A stretch of 64,000 nt of DNA from Eledone cirrhosa. Its lineage: Eukaryota. Every line of letters starts with the position of its first letter. Positions within the stretch are counted from its first letter, which is position 1. The stretch is taken from assembly GCA_964016885.1 (NCBI GenBank), contig OZ024740.1, forward strand, positions 11,346,001 through 11,410,000, in the 5' to 3' direction. A program made the translations under genes and the position numbers. A model generated the notes under the pieces. That model worked only from the letters and a program-made list of their open reading frames with translations. It searched no databases and was not told where the DNA came from. Below are positions 1 through 14,700 of this stretch, in pieces.

Positions 1-3000
1 TTGTTGGAGGTAGTGATGTTGTTGTTGTTGTTACAGATGTTATTGTTGTTGGAGCTAGTGATGTTGTTGTTGTTGTTAGTGATGTTGTTGTTGTTGGAGG
101 TAGTGCTGTTGTTGTTGTTGGTAATGATGTTGTTGTTGGAAGTAGTGTTGTTGTTGTTGTTGTTGGTAGTGATGTTGTTGTTGTTGGTAGTGATGTTGTT
201 GTTGGAGGTAGTGATGTTGTTGTTGTTGTTGGTAGTGATGTTGTTGTTTTGGTAGTGATGTTGTTGTTGTTGTTGGTAGTGATGTTGTTGTTGTTGGAGG
301 TAGTGAAATTGTTGTTGTTGGAGGTAGTGATGTTGTTGTTGTTGGAGGTAGTGATGTTGTTATTATTGGAGGTAGTGATGTTGTTGTTGTTGTTGTTGTT
401 GGAGGTAGAGATGTTGTTGTTATTGTTGTTGGTATTAATGTTGTTGTTGTTGGAGGTAGTGATGTTGTTGTTCTAGGAGGTAGTTTTGTTGTTGTTGGAG
501 GTAGTGATGTTGTTGTTGGTGGTAGTGATGTTGTTGTTGTTGGAGGTAGTGATGTAGTTGTTGTTGGTAGTGATGTTGTTGTTGTTGGAGGTAGTGATGT
601 TGTTGTTGTTGGAGGTAGTGATGTTGTTGTTGGGGGGGTAGTGATGTTGTTGTTGTTGGAGGTAGTGATGTCGTTGGTGTTGGAAGTAGTGATGTTGTTG
701 TTGTTGGAGGTAGTGATTTTGTTGATGTTGGGGGTGGTGATGTTGTTGATTGTTGGTAGTGATGTTGTTGTTGTTGGAAATAGTGATGTTGTTGTTGGAG
801 GTAGTGATGTTGTTGTCGTTGGAGGTAGTGATGTTGTTGTTGTTGGAGGTAGTGATGTTGTTGTTGTTGTTGGTAGTGATGTTGTTGTTGTTGTTGGAGG
901 TAGTGATATTGTTGTTTTGGTAGTGATGTTGTTGTTGTTGGAGGTAGTGATGTTGTTGTTGTTGGTAGTGATGTTGTTGTTGTTGGAGGTAGTGATGTTG
1001 TTGTTCTTGTTGTTGTTGGTAGTGATGTTGTTGTTGTTGGAGGTAGTGATGTTGTTGTTGTTGTTGGTAGTGATGTTGTTGTTGTTGGTAGTGATGTTGT
1101 TGTTGTTGGAAGTAGTGATGTTGTTGTTGTTGGTAGTGATGTTGTTGTTGTTGGAAGTAGTGATGTTGTTGTTGTTGTTGGTAGTGATGTTGTTGTTGTT
1201 GTTGGTAGTGATGTTGTTGTTGTTGTTGGTAGTGATGTTGTTGTTGTTGTTGGTAGTGATTTTGTTGTTGTTGGTAGTGATATTGTTGTTGTTGGAGGTA
1301 GTGATGTTGGTGTTGTTGGAGGTAGTGATGTTGTTGTTGTTGAAGTAGTGATGTTGTTGTTGTTGTTGGTCGTAATGTTGTTGTTCGAAGTAGTGATGTT
1401 GTTGTTGTTGGAAGTAGTGATGTTGTTGTTGTTGGTAGTGATGTTGTTGTTGTTGGAAGTAGTGATGTTGTTGTTGTTGTTGTAGGTAGTGATGTTGTTG
1501 TTGTTGGAAGTAGTGATGTTGTTGTTGTTGTTGGTAGTGATGTTGTTGTTGTTGGTAGTAATGTTGTTGTTGTTGTTGGAGGTAGTGATTTTGTTGTTGT
1601 TGGTAGTGATGTTGTTGTTGTTGTAGGTAGTGATGTTGTTGTTGTTGTTGTTGGAGGTAGTGATGTTGTTGTTGGAGGTAGTGATGTTGTTGTTGTTGGA
1701 GGTAGTAATGTTGTTGTTGTTGTTGTTGGTAGTGATGTTGTTGTTGTTGTTGTTGTTGGAGGTAGTGATGTTGTTGTTGTTGGTAGTGATGTTGTTGTTG
1801 TTGTCGGTAGTGATGTTGTTGTTGTTGGAAGTAGTAATGTTGTTGTTGTTGGAGGTAGTAGTGTTGTTGTTGTTGTTGGTAGTGATGTTGTTGTTGTTGG
1901 AGGTAGGGATGTTGTTGTTGTTGTTACTGATGTTTTTGTTGTTGGAGCTAGTGATGTTGTTGTTGTTGTTAGTGATGTTGTTGTTGTTGTTGGAAATAGT
2001 GATGTTGTTGTTGTTGGAGGTAGTGATGTTGTTGTTGTTGGTAGTGATGTTGTTGTTGTTGGAGGTAGTGATGTTGTTGTTGTTGTTGGTAGTGATGTTT
2101 TTGTTGTTGGAGGTAGTGATGTTGTTGTTGTTGGAGGTAGTGATGTTGTTGTTGTTGTTGGTAGTGATGTTGTTGTTGTTGGAGGTAGTGAAATTGTTGT
2201 TGTTGGAGGTAGTGATGTTGTTGTTGTTGGAGGTAGTGATGTTGTTGTTATTGGAGGTAGTGATGTTGTTGTTGTTGTTGTTGTTGGAGGTAGAGATGTT
2301 GTTGTTATTGTTGTTGGTATTAATGTTGATGTTGTTGGAGGTAGTGATGTTGTTGTTCTAGGAGGTAGTTTTGTTGTTGTTGGAGGTAGTGATGTTGTTG
2401 TTGGTGGTAGTGATGTTGTTGTTGTTGGAGGTAGTGATGTAGTTGTTGTTGGTAGTGATGTTGTTGTAGTTGGAGGTAGTGATGTTGTTGTTGTTGGAGG
2501 TAGTGATGTTGTTGTTGGGGGGTAGTGATGTTGTTGTTGTTGGAGGTAGTGATGTTGTTGGTGTTGGAGGTAGTGATTTTGTTGTTGTTGGAGGTGGTGA
2601 TGTTGTTGATTGTTGGTAGTGATGTTGTTGTTGGAAATAGTGATGTTGTTGTTGGAGGTAGTGATGCTGTTGTCGTTGGAGGTAGTGATGTTGTTGTTGT
2701 TGGAGGTAGTGATGTTGTTGTTGTTGTTGTTGGAGGTAGTGATGTTGTTGTTTTGGTAGTGATGTTGTTGTTGTTGGAGGTAGTGATGTTGTTGTTGTTG
2801 GTAGTGATGTTGTTGTTGTTGGAGGTAGTGATGTTGTTGTTGTTGGTAGTGAAGTGATTTGTTGTTGTTTTTGGTATTGATGTTGTTGTTGGTAGTGATG
2901 TTGTTGTTGGAGCTAGTGATGTTGTTGTTGTTGGTAGTGATGTTGTTGTTGTTGGAGGTAGTGATGTTCTTGTTGTTGTTAGTGATGTTGTTGTTGTTGT

Positions 3001-6000
3001 CGGTAGTTATGTTGTTGTTGTTGGAGGTAGTGATGTTGTTGTTGTTGTTGGTAGTGATGTTGTTGTTGTTGGTAGTGATGTTGTTGTTGTTGGAAGTAGT
3101 GATGTTGTTGTTGTTGTTGGTAGTGATGTTGTTGTTGTTGTAAGTAGTGATGTTGTTGTTGTTGGTAGTGATGTTGTTGTTGTTGTTGGTAGTGATGTTG
3201 TTGTTGTTGTTGTTGGTAGTGATGTTGTTGTTGTTGGTAGTGATGTTGTTGTTGTTGGAGGTAGTGATGTTGTTGTTATTGTTGTTGGTAGTGATATTGT
3301 TGTTGTTGGAGGTAGTGATGTTGGTGTTGTTGGAGGTAGTGATGTTTTTGTTGATTGTTGGTAGTGATGTTGTTGTTGGAAATAGTGATGTTGTTGTTGG
3401 AGGTAGTGATGCTGTTGTCGTTGGAGGTAGTGATGTTGTTGTTGTTGGAGGTAGTGATGTTGTTGTTGTTGTTGTTGGAGGTAGTGATGTTGTTGTTTTG
3501 GTAGTGATGTTGTTGTTGTTGGAGGTAGTGATGTTGTTGTTGTTGGTAGTGATGTTGTTGTTGTTGGAGGTAGTGATGTTGTTGTTGTTGGTAGTGAAGT
3601 GATTTGTTGTTGTTTTTGGTATTGATGTTGTTGTTGGTAGTGATGTTGTTGTTGGAGCTAGTGATGTTGTTGTTGTTGGTAGTGATGTTGTTGTTGTTGG
3701 AGGTAGTGATGTTCTTGTTGTTGTTAGTGATGTTGTTGTTGTTGTCGGTAGTTATGTTGTTGTTGTTGGAGGTAGTGATGTTGTTGTTGTTGTTGGTAGT
3801 GATGTTGTTGTTGTTGGTAGTGATGTTGTTGTTGTTGGAAGTAGTGATGTTGTTGTTGTTGTTGGTAGTGATGTTGTTGTTGTTGTAAGTAGTGATGTTG
3901 TTGTTGTTGGTAGTGATGTTGTTGTTGTTGTTGGTAGTGATGTTGTTGTTGTTGTTGTTGGTAGTGATGTTGTTGTTGTTGGTAGTGATGTTGTTGTTGT
4001 TGGAAGTAGTGATGTTGTTGTTGTTGGTAGTGATGTTGTTGTTGTTGGAAGTAGTGATGTTGTTGTTGTTGTTGGTAGTGATGTTGTTGTTGTTGTTGGT
4101 AGTGATGTTGTTGTTGTTGTTGGTAGTGATGTTGTTGTTGTTGTTGGTAGTGATGTTGTTGTTGTTGGTAGTGATGTTGTTGTTGTTGGAGGTAGTGATG
4201 TTGTTGTTATTGTTGTTGGTAGTGATATTGTTGTTGTTGGAGGTAGTGATGTTGGTGTTGTTGGAGGTAGTGATGTTGTTGTTGTTGAAGTAGTGATGTT
4301 GTTGTTGTTGTTGGTCGTAATGTTGTTGTTCGAAGTAGTGATGTTGTTGTTGTTGGAAGTAGTGATGTTGTTGTTGTTGGTAGTGATGTTGTTGTTGTTG
4401 GAAGTAGTGATGTTGTTGTTGTTGTTGTAGGTAGTGATGTTGTTGTTGTTGGAAGTAGTGATGTTGTTGTTGTTGTTGGTAGTGATGTTGTTGTTGTTGG
4501 TAGTAATGTTGTTGTTGTTGTTGGTCGTGATGTTGTTGTTGGAAGTAGTGATGTTGTTGTTGTTGTTGTTGGTAGTAATGTTGTTGTTGTTGTTGGAGGT
4601 AGTGATTTTGTTGTTGTTGGTAGTGATGTTGTTGTTGTTGTAGGTAGTGATGTTGTTGTTGTTGTTGTTGGAGGTAGTGATGTTGTTGTTGGAGGTAGTG
4701 ATGTTGTTGTTGTTGGAGGTAGTAATGTTGTTGTTGTTGTTGTTGGTGGTGATGTTGTTGTTGTTGTTGTTGTTGGAGGTAGTGATGTTGTTGTTGTTGG
4801 TAGTGATGTTGTTGTTGTTGTCGGTAGTGATGTTGTTGTTGTTGGAAGTAGTAATGTTGTTGTTGTTGGAGGTAGTAGTGTTGTTGTTGTTGTTGGTAGT
4901 GATGTTGTTGTTGTTGGAGGTAGGGATGTTGTTGTTGTTGTTACTGATGTTTTTGTTGTTGGAGCTAGTGATGTTGTTGTTGTTGTTAGTGATGTTGTTG
5001 TTGTTGGAGGTAGTGATGTTGTTGTTGTTGGTAATGATGTTGTTGTTGGAAGTAGTGTTGTTGTTGTTGTTGTTGGTAGTGATGTTGTTGTTGTTGGTAG
5101 TGATGTTGTTGTTGGAGGTATTGATGTTGTTGTCGTTGGAGGTATTGATGTTGTTGTTGTTGGAGGTAGTGATGTTGTTGTTGTTGTTGGTAGTGATGTT
5201 GTTGTTGTTGGAGGTAGTGATGTTGTTGTTTTGGTAGTGATGTTGTTGTTGTTGGAGGTAGTGATGTTGTTGTTGTTGGTATTGATGTTGTTGTTGTTGG
5301 TGGTAGTGATGTTGTTGTTGTTGTTGTTGGTAGTGATGTTGTTGTTGTTGGAGGTAGTGATGTTGTTGTTGTTGTTGGTAGTGATGTTGTTGTTGTTGGT
5401 AGTGATGTTGTTGTTGTTGGAAGTAGTGATGTTGTTGTTGTTGTTGGTAGTGATGTTGTTGTTGTTGGAAGTAGTGGTGTTGTTGTTGTTGTTGGTAGTG
5501 ATGTTGTTGTTGTTGTTGGTAGTGATGTTGTTGTTGTTGTTGGTAGTGATGTTGTTGTTGTTGGTAGTGATGTTGTTGTTGGAGGTAGTGATGTTGTTGT
5601 TATTGTTGTTGGTAGTGATATTGTTGTTGTTGTTGGTAGTGATGTTGTTGTTGTTGTAGGTAGTGATGTTGTTGTTGTCGTTTGTCGTGATGTTGTTGTT
5701 GTTGTTGGAAATAGTGATGTTGTTGTTGTTGGAGGTAGTGATGTTGTTGTTGTTGGTAGTGATGTTGTTGTTGTTGGAGGTAGTGATGTTGTTGTTGTTG
5801 TTTGTCGTGATGTTGTTGTTGTTGTTGGAAATAGTGATGTTGTTGTTGTTGGAGGTAGTGATGTTGTTGTTGTTGGTAGTGATGTTGTTGTTGTTGGAGG
5901 TAGTGATGTTGTTGTTGTTGTTGGTAGTGATGTTTTTGTTGTTGGAGGTAGTGATGTTGTTGTTGTTGGAGGTAGTGATGTTGTTGTTGTTGTTGGTAGT

Positions 6001-9000
6001 GATGTTGTTGTTGTTGGAGGTAGTGAAATTGTTGTTGTTGGAGGTAGTGATGTTGTTGTTGTTGGAGGTAGTGATGTTGTTGTTATTGGAGGTAGTGATG
6101 TTGTTGTTGTTGTTGTTGTTGGAGGTAGAGATGTTGTTGTTATTGTTGTTGGTATTAATGTTGATGTTGTTGGAGGTAGTGATGTTGTTGTTCTAGGAGG
6201 TAGTTTTGTTGTTGTTGGAGGTAGTGATGTTGTTGTTGGTGGTAGTGATGTTGTTGTTGTTGGAGGTAGTGATGTAGTTGTTGTTGGTAGTGATGTTGTT
6301 GTAGTTGGAGGTAGTGATGTTGTTGTTGTTGGAGGTAGTGATGTTGTTGTTGGGGGGTAGTGATGTTGTTGTTGTTGGAGGTAGTGATGTTGTTGGTGTT
6401 GGAGGTAGTGATTTTGTTGTTGTTGGAGGTGGTGATGTTGTTGATTGTTGGTAGTGATGTTGTTGTTGGAAATAGTGATGTTGTTGTTGGAGGTAGTGAT
6501 GCTGTTGTCGTTGGAGGTAGTGATGTTGTTGTTGTTGGAGGTAGTGATGTTGTTGTTGTTGTTGTTGGAGGTAGTGATGTTGTTGTTTTGGTAGTGATGT
6601 TGTTGTTGTTGGAGGTAGTGATGTTGTTGTTGTTGGTAGTGATGTTGTTGTTGTTGGAGGTAGTGATGTTGTTGTTGTTGGTAGTGAAGTGATTTGTTGT
6701 TGTTTTTGGTATTGATGTTGTTGTTGGTAGTGATGTTGTTGTTGGAGCTAGTGATGTTGTTGTTGTTGGTAGTGATGTTGTTGTTGTTGGAGGTAGTGAT
6801 GTTCTTGTTGTTGTTAGTGATGTTGTTGTTGTTGTCGGTAGTTATGTTGTTGTTGTTGGAGGTAGTGATGTTGTTGTTGTTGTTGGTAGTGATGTTGTTG
6901 TTGTTGGTAGTGATGTTGTTGTTGTTGGAAGTAGTGATGTTGTTGTTGTTGTTGGTAGTGATGTTGTTGTTGTTGTAAGTAGTGATGTTGTTGTTGTTGG
7001 TAGTGATGTTGTTGTTGTTGTTGGTAGTGATGTTGTTGTTGTTGTTGTTGGTAGTGATGTTGTTGTTGTTGGTAGTGATGTTGTTGTTGTTGTTGGTAGT
7101 GATGTTGTTGTTGTTGTTGGTAGTGATGTTGTTGTTGTTGTTGGTAGTGATGTTGTTGTTGTTGTTGGTAGTGATGTTGTTGTTGTTGTTGGTAGTGATG
7201 TTGTTGTTGTTGGTAGTGATGTTGTTGTTGTTGGAGGTAGTGATGTTGTTGTTATTGTTGTTGGTAGTGATATTGTTGTTGTTGGAGGTAGTGATGTTGG
7301 TGTTGTTGGAGGTAGTGATGTTGTTGTTGTTGAAGTAGTGATGTTGTTGTTGTTGTTGGTCGTAATGTTGTTGTTCGAAGTAGTGATGTTGTTGTTGTTG
7401 GAAGTAGTGATGTTGTTGTTGTTGGTAGTGATGTTGTTGTTGTTGGAAGTAGTGATGTTGTTGTTGTTGTTGTAGGTAGTGATGTTGTTGTTGTTGGAAG
7501 TAGTGATGTTGTTGTTGTTGTTGGTAGTGATGTTGTTGTTGTTGGTAGTAATGTTGTTGTTGTTGTTGGTCGTGATGTTGTTGTTGGAAGTAGTGATGTT
7601 GTTTTTGTTGTTGTTGGTAGTAATGTTGTTGTTGTTGTTGGAGGTAGTGATTTTGTTGTTGTTGGTAGTGATGTTGTTGTTGTTGTAGGTAGTGATGTTG
7701 TTGTTGTTGTTGTTGGAGGTAGTGATGTTGTTGTTGGAGGTAGTGATGTTGTTGTTGTTGGAGGTAGTAATGTTGTTGTTGTTGTTGTTGGTGGTGATGT
7801 TGTTGTTGTTGTTGTTGTTGGAGGTAGTGATGTTGTTGTTGTTGGTAGTGATGTTGTTGTTGTTGTCGGTAGTGATGTTGTTGTTGTTGGAAGTAGTAAT
7901 GTTGTTGTTGTTGGAGGTAGTAGTGTTGTTGTTGTTGTTGGTAGTGATGTTGTTGTTGTTGGAGGTAGGGATGTTGTTGTTGTTGTTACTGATGTTTTTG
8001 TTGTTGGAGCTAGTGATGTTGTTGTTGTTGTTAGTGATGTTGTTGTTGTTGGAGGTAGTGATGTTGTTGTTGTTGGTAATGATGTTGTTGTTGGAAGTAG
8101 TGTTGTTGTTGTTGTTGTTGGTAGTGATGTTGTTGTTGTTGGTAGTGATGTTGTTGTTGGAGGTAGTGATGTTGTTGTTGTTGTTGGTAGTGATGTTGTT
8201 GTTGGAGGTATTGATGTTGTTGTCGTTGGAGGTGGTGATGTTGTGTTGTTGGAGGTAGTGATGTTGTTGTTGTTGTTGGTAGTGATGTTGTTGTTGTTGG
8301 AGGTAGTGATGTTGTTGTTTTGGTAGTGATGTTGTTGTTGTTGGAGGTAGTGATGTTGTTGTTGTTGGTATTGATGTTGTTGTTGTTGGTGGTAGTGATG
8401 TTGTTGTTGTTGTTGTTGGTAGTGATGTTGTTGTTGTTGGAGGTAGTGATGTTGTTGTTGTTGTTGGTAGTGATGTTGTTGTTGTTGGTAGTGATGTTGT
8501 TGTTGTTGGAAGTAGTGATGTTGTTGTTGTTGTTGGTAGTGATGTTGTTGTTGTTGGAAGTAGTGATGTTGTTGTTGTTGTTGGTAGTGATGTTGTTGTT
8601 GTTGTTGGTAGTGATGTTGTTGCTGTTGTTGGTAGTGATGTTGTTGTTGTTGGTAGTGATGTTGTTGTTGGAGGTAGTGATGTTGTTGTTGTTGTTGGTA
8701 GTGATGTTGTTGTTGTTGGTAGTGATGTTGTTGTTGTTGGAAGTAGTGATGTTGTTGTTGTTGTTGGTAGTGATGTTGTTGTTGTTGTAAGTAGTGATGT
8801 TGTTGTTGTTGGTAGTGATGTTGTTGTTGTTGTTGGTAGTGATGTTGTTGTTGTTGTTGTTGGTAGTGATGTTGTTGTTGTTGGTAATGATGTTGTTGTT
8901 GGAAGTAGTGTTGTTGTTGTTGTTGTTGGTAGTGATGTTGTTGTTGTTGGTAGTGATGTTGTTGTTGGAGGTAGTGATGTTGTTGTTGTTGTTGGTAGTG

Positions 9001-11234
9001 ATGTTGTTGTTGGAGGTATTGATGTTGTTGTCGTTGGAGGTGGTGATGTTGTGTTGTTGGAGGTAGTGATGTTGTTGTTGTTGTTGGTAGTGATGTTGTT
9101 GTTGTTGGAGGTAGTGATGTTGTTGTTTTGGTAGTGATGTTGTTGTTGTTGGAGGTAGTGATGTTGTTGTTGTTGGTATTGATGTTGTTGTTGTTGGTGG
9201 TAGTGATGTTGTTGTTGTTGTTGTTGGTAGTGATGTTGTTGTTGTTGGAGGTAGTGATGTTGTTGTTGTTGTTGGTAGTGATGTTGTTGTTGTTGGTAGT
9301 GATGTTGTTGTTGTTGGAAGTAGTGATGTTGTTGTTGTTGTTGGTAGTGATGTTGTTGTTGTTGGAAGTAGTGATGTTGTTGTTGTTGTTGGTAGTGATG
9401 TTGTTGTTGTTGTTGGTAGTGATGTTGTTGTTGTTGTTGGTAGTGATGTTGTTGTTGTTGGTAGTGATGTTGTTGTTGGAGGTAGTGATGTTGTTGTTAT
9501 TGTTGTTGGTAGTGATATTGTTGTTGTTGTTGGTAGTGATGTTGTTGTTGTTGTAGGTAGTGATGTTGTTGTTGTCGTTTGTCGTGATGTTGTTGTTGTT
9601 GTTGGAAATAGTGATGTTGTTGTTGTTGGAGGTAGTGATGTTGTTGTTGTTGGTAGTGATGTTGTTGTTGTTGGAGGTAGTGATGTTGTTGTTGTTGTTT
9701 GTCGTGATGTTGTTGTTGTTGTTGGAAATAGTGATGTTGTTGTTGTTGGAGGTAGTGATGTTGTTGTTGGTAGTGATGTTGTTGTTGTTGGAGGTAGTGA
9801 TGTTGTTGTTGTTGTTGGTAGTGATGTTTTTGTTGTTGGAGGTAGTGATGTTGTTGTTGTTGGAGGTAGTGATGTTGTTGTTGTTGTTGGTAGTGATGTT
9901 GTTGTTGTTGGAGGTAGTGAAATTGTTGTTGTTGGAGGTAGTGATGTTGTTGTTGTTGGAGGTAGTGATGTTGTTGTTATTGGAGGTAGTGATGTTGTTG
10001 TTGTTGTTGTTGTTGGAGGTAGAGATGTTGTTGTTATTGTTGTTGGTATTAATGTTGATGTTGTTGGAGGTAGTGATGTTGTTGTTCTAGGAGGTAGTGA
10101 TGTTGTTGTTGGAGGTAGTGATGTTGTTGTTGTTGGAGGTAGTGATGTTGTTGTTATTGGAGGTAGTGATGTTGTTGTTGTTGTTGTTGTTGGAGGTAGA
10201 GATGTTGTTGTTATTGTTGTTGGTATTAATGTTGATGTTGTTGGAGGTAGTGATGTTGTTGTTGTTGTAGGTAGTGATGTTGTTGTTGTCGTTTGTCGTG
10301 ATGTTGTTGTTGTTGTTTGAAATAGTGATGTTGTTGTTGTTGGAGGTAGTGATGTTGTTGTTGTTGGAGGTAGTGATGTTGTTGTTGTTGTTGGTAGTGA
10401 TGTTGTTGTTGTTGGAGGTAGTGAAATTGTTGTTGTTGGAGGTAGTGATGTTGTTGTTGTTGGAGGTAGTGATGTTGTTGTTATTGGAAGTAGTGATGTT
10501 GTTGTTATTGTTGTTGTTGGAGGTAGAGATGTTGTTGTTATTGTTGTTGGTATTAATGTTGATGTTGTTGGAGGTAGTGATGTTGTTGTTCTAGGAGGTA
10601 GTGATGTTGTTGTTGTTGTTGGAAATAGTGATGTTGTTGTTGTTGTTTGTCGTGATGTTGTTGTTGTTGTTGGAAATAGTGATGTTGTTGTTGTTGGAGG
10701 TAGTGATGTTGTTGTTGTTGGTAGTGATGTTGTTGTTGTTGGAGGTAGTGATGTTGTTGTTGTTGTTGGTAGTGATGTTTTTGTTGTTGGAGGTAGTGAT
10801 GTTGTTGTTGTTGGAGGTAGTGATGTTGTTGTTGTTGTTGGTAGTGATGTTGTTGTTGGAGATAGTGATGTTGTTGTTGTTGTTGGGAGTGATGTTGTTG
10901 TTGTTGGACGTAGTGATGTTGTTGTTGTTGGTAGTGATGTTGTTGTTGTTGGAGGTAATGATGTTGTTGTTGTTGTTGGTAGTGATGTTTTTGTTGTTGG
11001 AGGTAGTGATGTTGTTGTTGTTGGAGGTAGTGATGTTGTTGTTGTTGGTAGTGATGTTGTTGTTGTTGGAGATAGTGATGTTGTTGTTGTTGGTAGTGAT
11101 GTTGTTGTTGTTGGAGGTAGTGATGTTGTTGTTGGTAGTGATGTTGTTGTTGTTGGAGGTAGTGATGTTGTTGTTGTTGGTAGTGATGTTGTTGTTGTTG
11201 GAGGTAGTGATGTTGTTGTTGTTGGAGGTAGTGA

Positions 11235-11265
<31 letters not shown>

Positions 11266-11732
11266 GGTAGTGATGTTGTTGTTGTTGGAGGTAGTGATGT
11301 TGTTGTTGGAGGTAGTGATGTCGTTGTTGTTGGAGGTAGTAGTGTTGTTGTTGTTGTTGGTAGTGATGTTGTTGTTGTTGGAAGTAGTAATGTTGTTGTT
11401 GTTGGAGGTAGTAGTGTTGTTGTTGTTGTTGGTAGTGATGTTGTTGTTGTTGGAAGTAGTGATGTTGTTGTTGTTGTTACAGATGTTATTGTTGTTGGAG
11501 CTAGTGATGTTGTTGTTGTTGTTAGTGATGTTGTTGTTGTTGGAGGTAGTGATGTTTTTGTTGTTGGAGGTAGTGATGTTGTTGTTGTTGGAGGTAGTGA
11601 TGTTGTTGTTGTTGGTAGTGATGTTGTTGTTGTTGGAGATAGTGATGTTGTTGTTGTTGGTAGTGATGTTGTTGTTGTTGGAGGTAGTGATGTTGTTGTT
11701 GGTAGTGATGTTGTTGTTGTTGGAGGTAGTGA

Positions 11733-11763
<31 letters not shown>

Positions 11764-14700
11764 GGTAGTGATGTTGTTGTTGTTGGAGGTAGTGATGTTG
11801 TTGTTGGAGGTAGTGATGTCGTTGTTGTTGGAGGTAGTAGTGTTGTTGTTGTTGTTGGTAGTGATGTTGTTGTTGTTGGAAGTAGTAATGTTGTTGTTGT
11901 TGGAGGTAGTAGTGTTGTTGTTGTTGTTGGTAGTGATGTTGTTGTTGTTGGAAGTAGTGATGTTGTTGTTGTTGTTACAGATGTTATTGTTGTTGGAGCT
12001 AGTGATGTTGTTGTTGTTGTTGGTAATGATGTTGTTGTTGGAAGTAGTGTTGTTGTTGTTGTTGTTGGTAGTGATGTTGTTGTTGTTGGTAGTGATGTTG
12101 TTGTTGGAGGTAGTGATGTTGTTGTTGTTGTTGGTAGTGATGTTGTTGTTTTGGTAGTGATGTTGTTGTTGTTGTTGGTAGTGATGTTGTTGTTGTTGGA
12201 GGTAGTGAAATTGTTGTTGTTGGAGGTAGTGATGTTGTTGTTGTTGGAGGTAGTGATGTTGTTGTTATTGGAGGTAGTGATGTTGTTGTTGTTGTTGTTG
12301 TTGGAGGTAGAGATGTTGTTGTTATTGTTGTTGGTATTAATGTTGATGTTGTTGGAGGTAGTGATGTTGTTGTTCTAGGAGGTAGTTTTGTTGTTGTTGG
12401 AGGTAGTGATGTTGTTGTTGGTGGTAGTGATGTTGTTGTTGTTGGAGGTAGTGATGTAGTTGTTGTTGGTAGTGATGTTGTTGTAGTTGGAGGTAGTGAT
12501 GTTGTTGTTGTTGGAGGTAGTGATGTTGTTGTTGGGGGGTAGTGATGTTGTTGTTGTTGGAGGTAGTGATGTTGTTGGTGTTGGAGGTAGTGATTTTGTT
12601 GTTGTTGGAGGTGGTGATGTTGTTGATTGTTGGTAGTGATGTTGTTGTTGGAAATAGTGATGTTGTTGTTGGAGGTAGTGATGCTGTTGTCGTTGGAGGT
12701 AGTGATGTTGTTGTTGTTGGAGGTAGTGATGTTGTTGTTGTTGTTGTTGTTGGAGGTAGTGATGTTGTTGTTTTGGTAGTGATGTTGTTGTTGTTGGAGG
12801 TAGTGATGTTGTTGTTGTTGGTAGTGATGTTGTTGTTGTTGGAGGTAGTGATGTTGTTGTTGTTGGTAGTGAAGTGATTTGTTGTTGTTTTTGGTATTGA
12901 TGTTGTTGTTGGTAGTGATGTTGTTGTTGGAGCTAGTGATGTTGTTGTTGTTGGTAGTGATGTTGTTGTTGTTGGAGGTAGTGATGTTCTTGTTGTTGTT
13001 GTTGTCGGTAGTTATGTTGTTGTTGTTGGAGGTAGTGATGTTGTTGTTGTTGTTGGTAGTGATGTTGTTGTTGTTGGTAGTGATGTTGTTGTTGTTGGAA
13101 GTAGTGATGTTGTTGTTGTTGTTGGTAGTGATGTTGTTGTTGTTGTAAGTAGTGATGTTGTTGTTGTTGGTAGTGATGTTGTTGTTGTTTTTGGTAGTGA
13201 TGTTGTTGTTGTTGTTGTTGGTAGTGATGTTGTTGTTGTTGGTAGTGATGTTGTTGTTGTTGGAGGTAGTGATGTTGTTGTTATTGTTGTTGGTAGTGAT
13301 ATTGTTGTTGTTGGAGGTAGTGATGTTGGTGTTGTTGGAGGTAGTGATGTTTTTGTTGTTGTTTGTCGTAATCTTGTTGTTGGAAGTAGTGATGTTGTTG
13401 TTGTTGGAAGTAGTGATGTTGTTGTTGTTGGTAGTGATGTTGTTGTTGTTGGAAGTAGTGATGTTGTTGTTGTTATTGTAGGTAGTGATGTTGTTGTTGT
13501 TGGAAGTAGTGATGTTGTTGTTGTTGTTGGAAGTAGTGATGTTGTTGTTGTTGTTGTTGGTAGTAATGTTGTTGTTGTTGGAGGTAGTGATGTTGTTGTT
13601 GTTGGTAGTGATGTTGTTGTTGTTGTAGGTAGTGATGTTGTTGTTGTTGTTGGAGGTAGTGATGTTGTTGTTGGAGGTAGTGATGTTGTTGTTGTTGGAG
13701 GTAGTAATGTTGTTGTTGTTGGAGGTAGTGATGTTGTTGTTGTTGGTAGTGATGTTGTTGTTGTTGGTAGTGATGTTGTTGTTGTTGGTAGTAATGTTGT
13801 TGTTGTTGGAGGTAGTGATGTTGTTGTTGTTGGAGGTAGTGATGTTGTTGTTGTTGGTAGTGATGTTGTTGTTGTTGTTGTTGTTGGAGGTAGTGATGTT
13901 GTTGTCGTTGTTTGTAGTGATGTTGTTGTTGTTGTTGGTAGTGATGTTGTTGTTTTTGGAAGTAGTAATGTTGTTGTTGTTGGAGGTAGTAGTGTTGTTG
14001 TTGTTGTTGGTAGTGATGTTGTTGTTGTTGGAGGTAGTGATGTTGTTGTTGTTGTTAAAGATGTTATTGTTGTTGGAGCTAGTGATGTTGTTGTTGTTGT
14101 TAGTGATGTTGTTGTTGTTGGAGGTAGTGATGTTGTTGTTGTTGGAGGTAGTGATTTTGTTGTTGTTGGAGGTAGTGATTTTGTTGTTGTTGGAGGTAGT
14201 GATGTTGTTGTTGTTGGGGGGTAGTGATGTTGTTGTTGTTGGAGGTAGTGATGTTGTTGTTGTTGGTAGTGATGTTGTTGTTGTTGGAGGTAGTGATGTT
14301 GTTGTTGTTGTTGTTGTTGGTAGTGATGTTGTTGTTGTTGGAGGTAGTGATGTTGTTGTTGGAGGTAGTGATGTCGTTGTTGTTGGAGGTAGTGGTGTTG
14401 TTGTTGTTGTTGTTGTTGGAAGTAGTAATGTTGTTGTTGTTGGAGGTAGTAGTGTTGTTGTTGTTGTTGGTAGTGATGTTGTTGTTGTTGGAGGTAGTGA
14501 TGTTGTTGTTGTTGTTGTTACTGATGTTATTGTTGTTGGAGCTAGTGATGGTGTTGTTGTTGTTAGTGATGTTGTTGTTGTTGGAGGTAGTGATGTTGTT
14601 GTTGTTGGTAATGATGTTGTTGTTGGAAGTAGTGTTGTTGTTGTTGTTGTTGGTAGTGATGTTGTTGTTGTTGGTAGTGCTGTTGTTGTTGGAGGTAGTG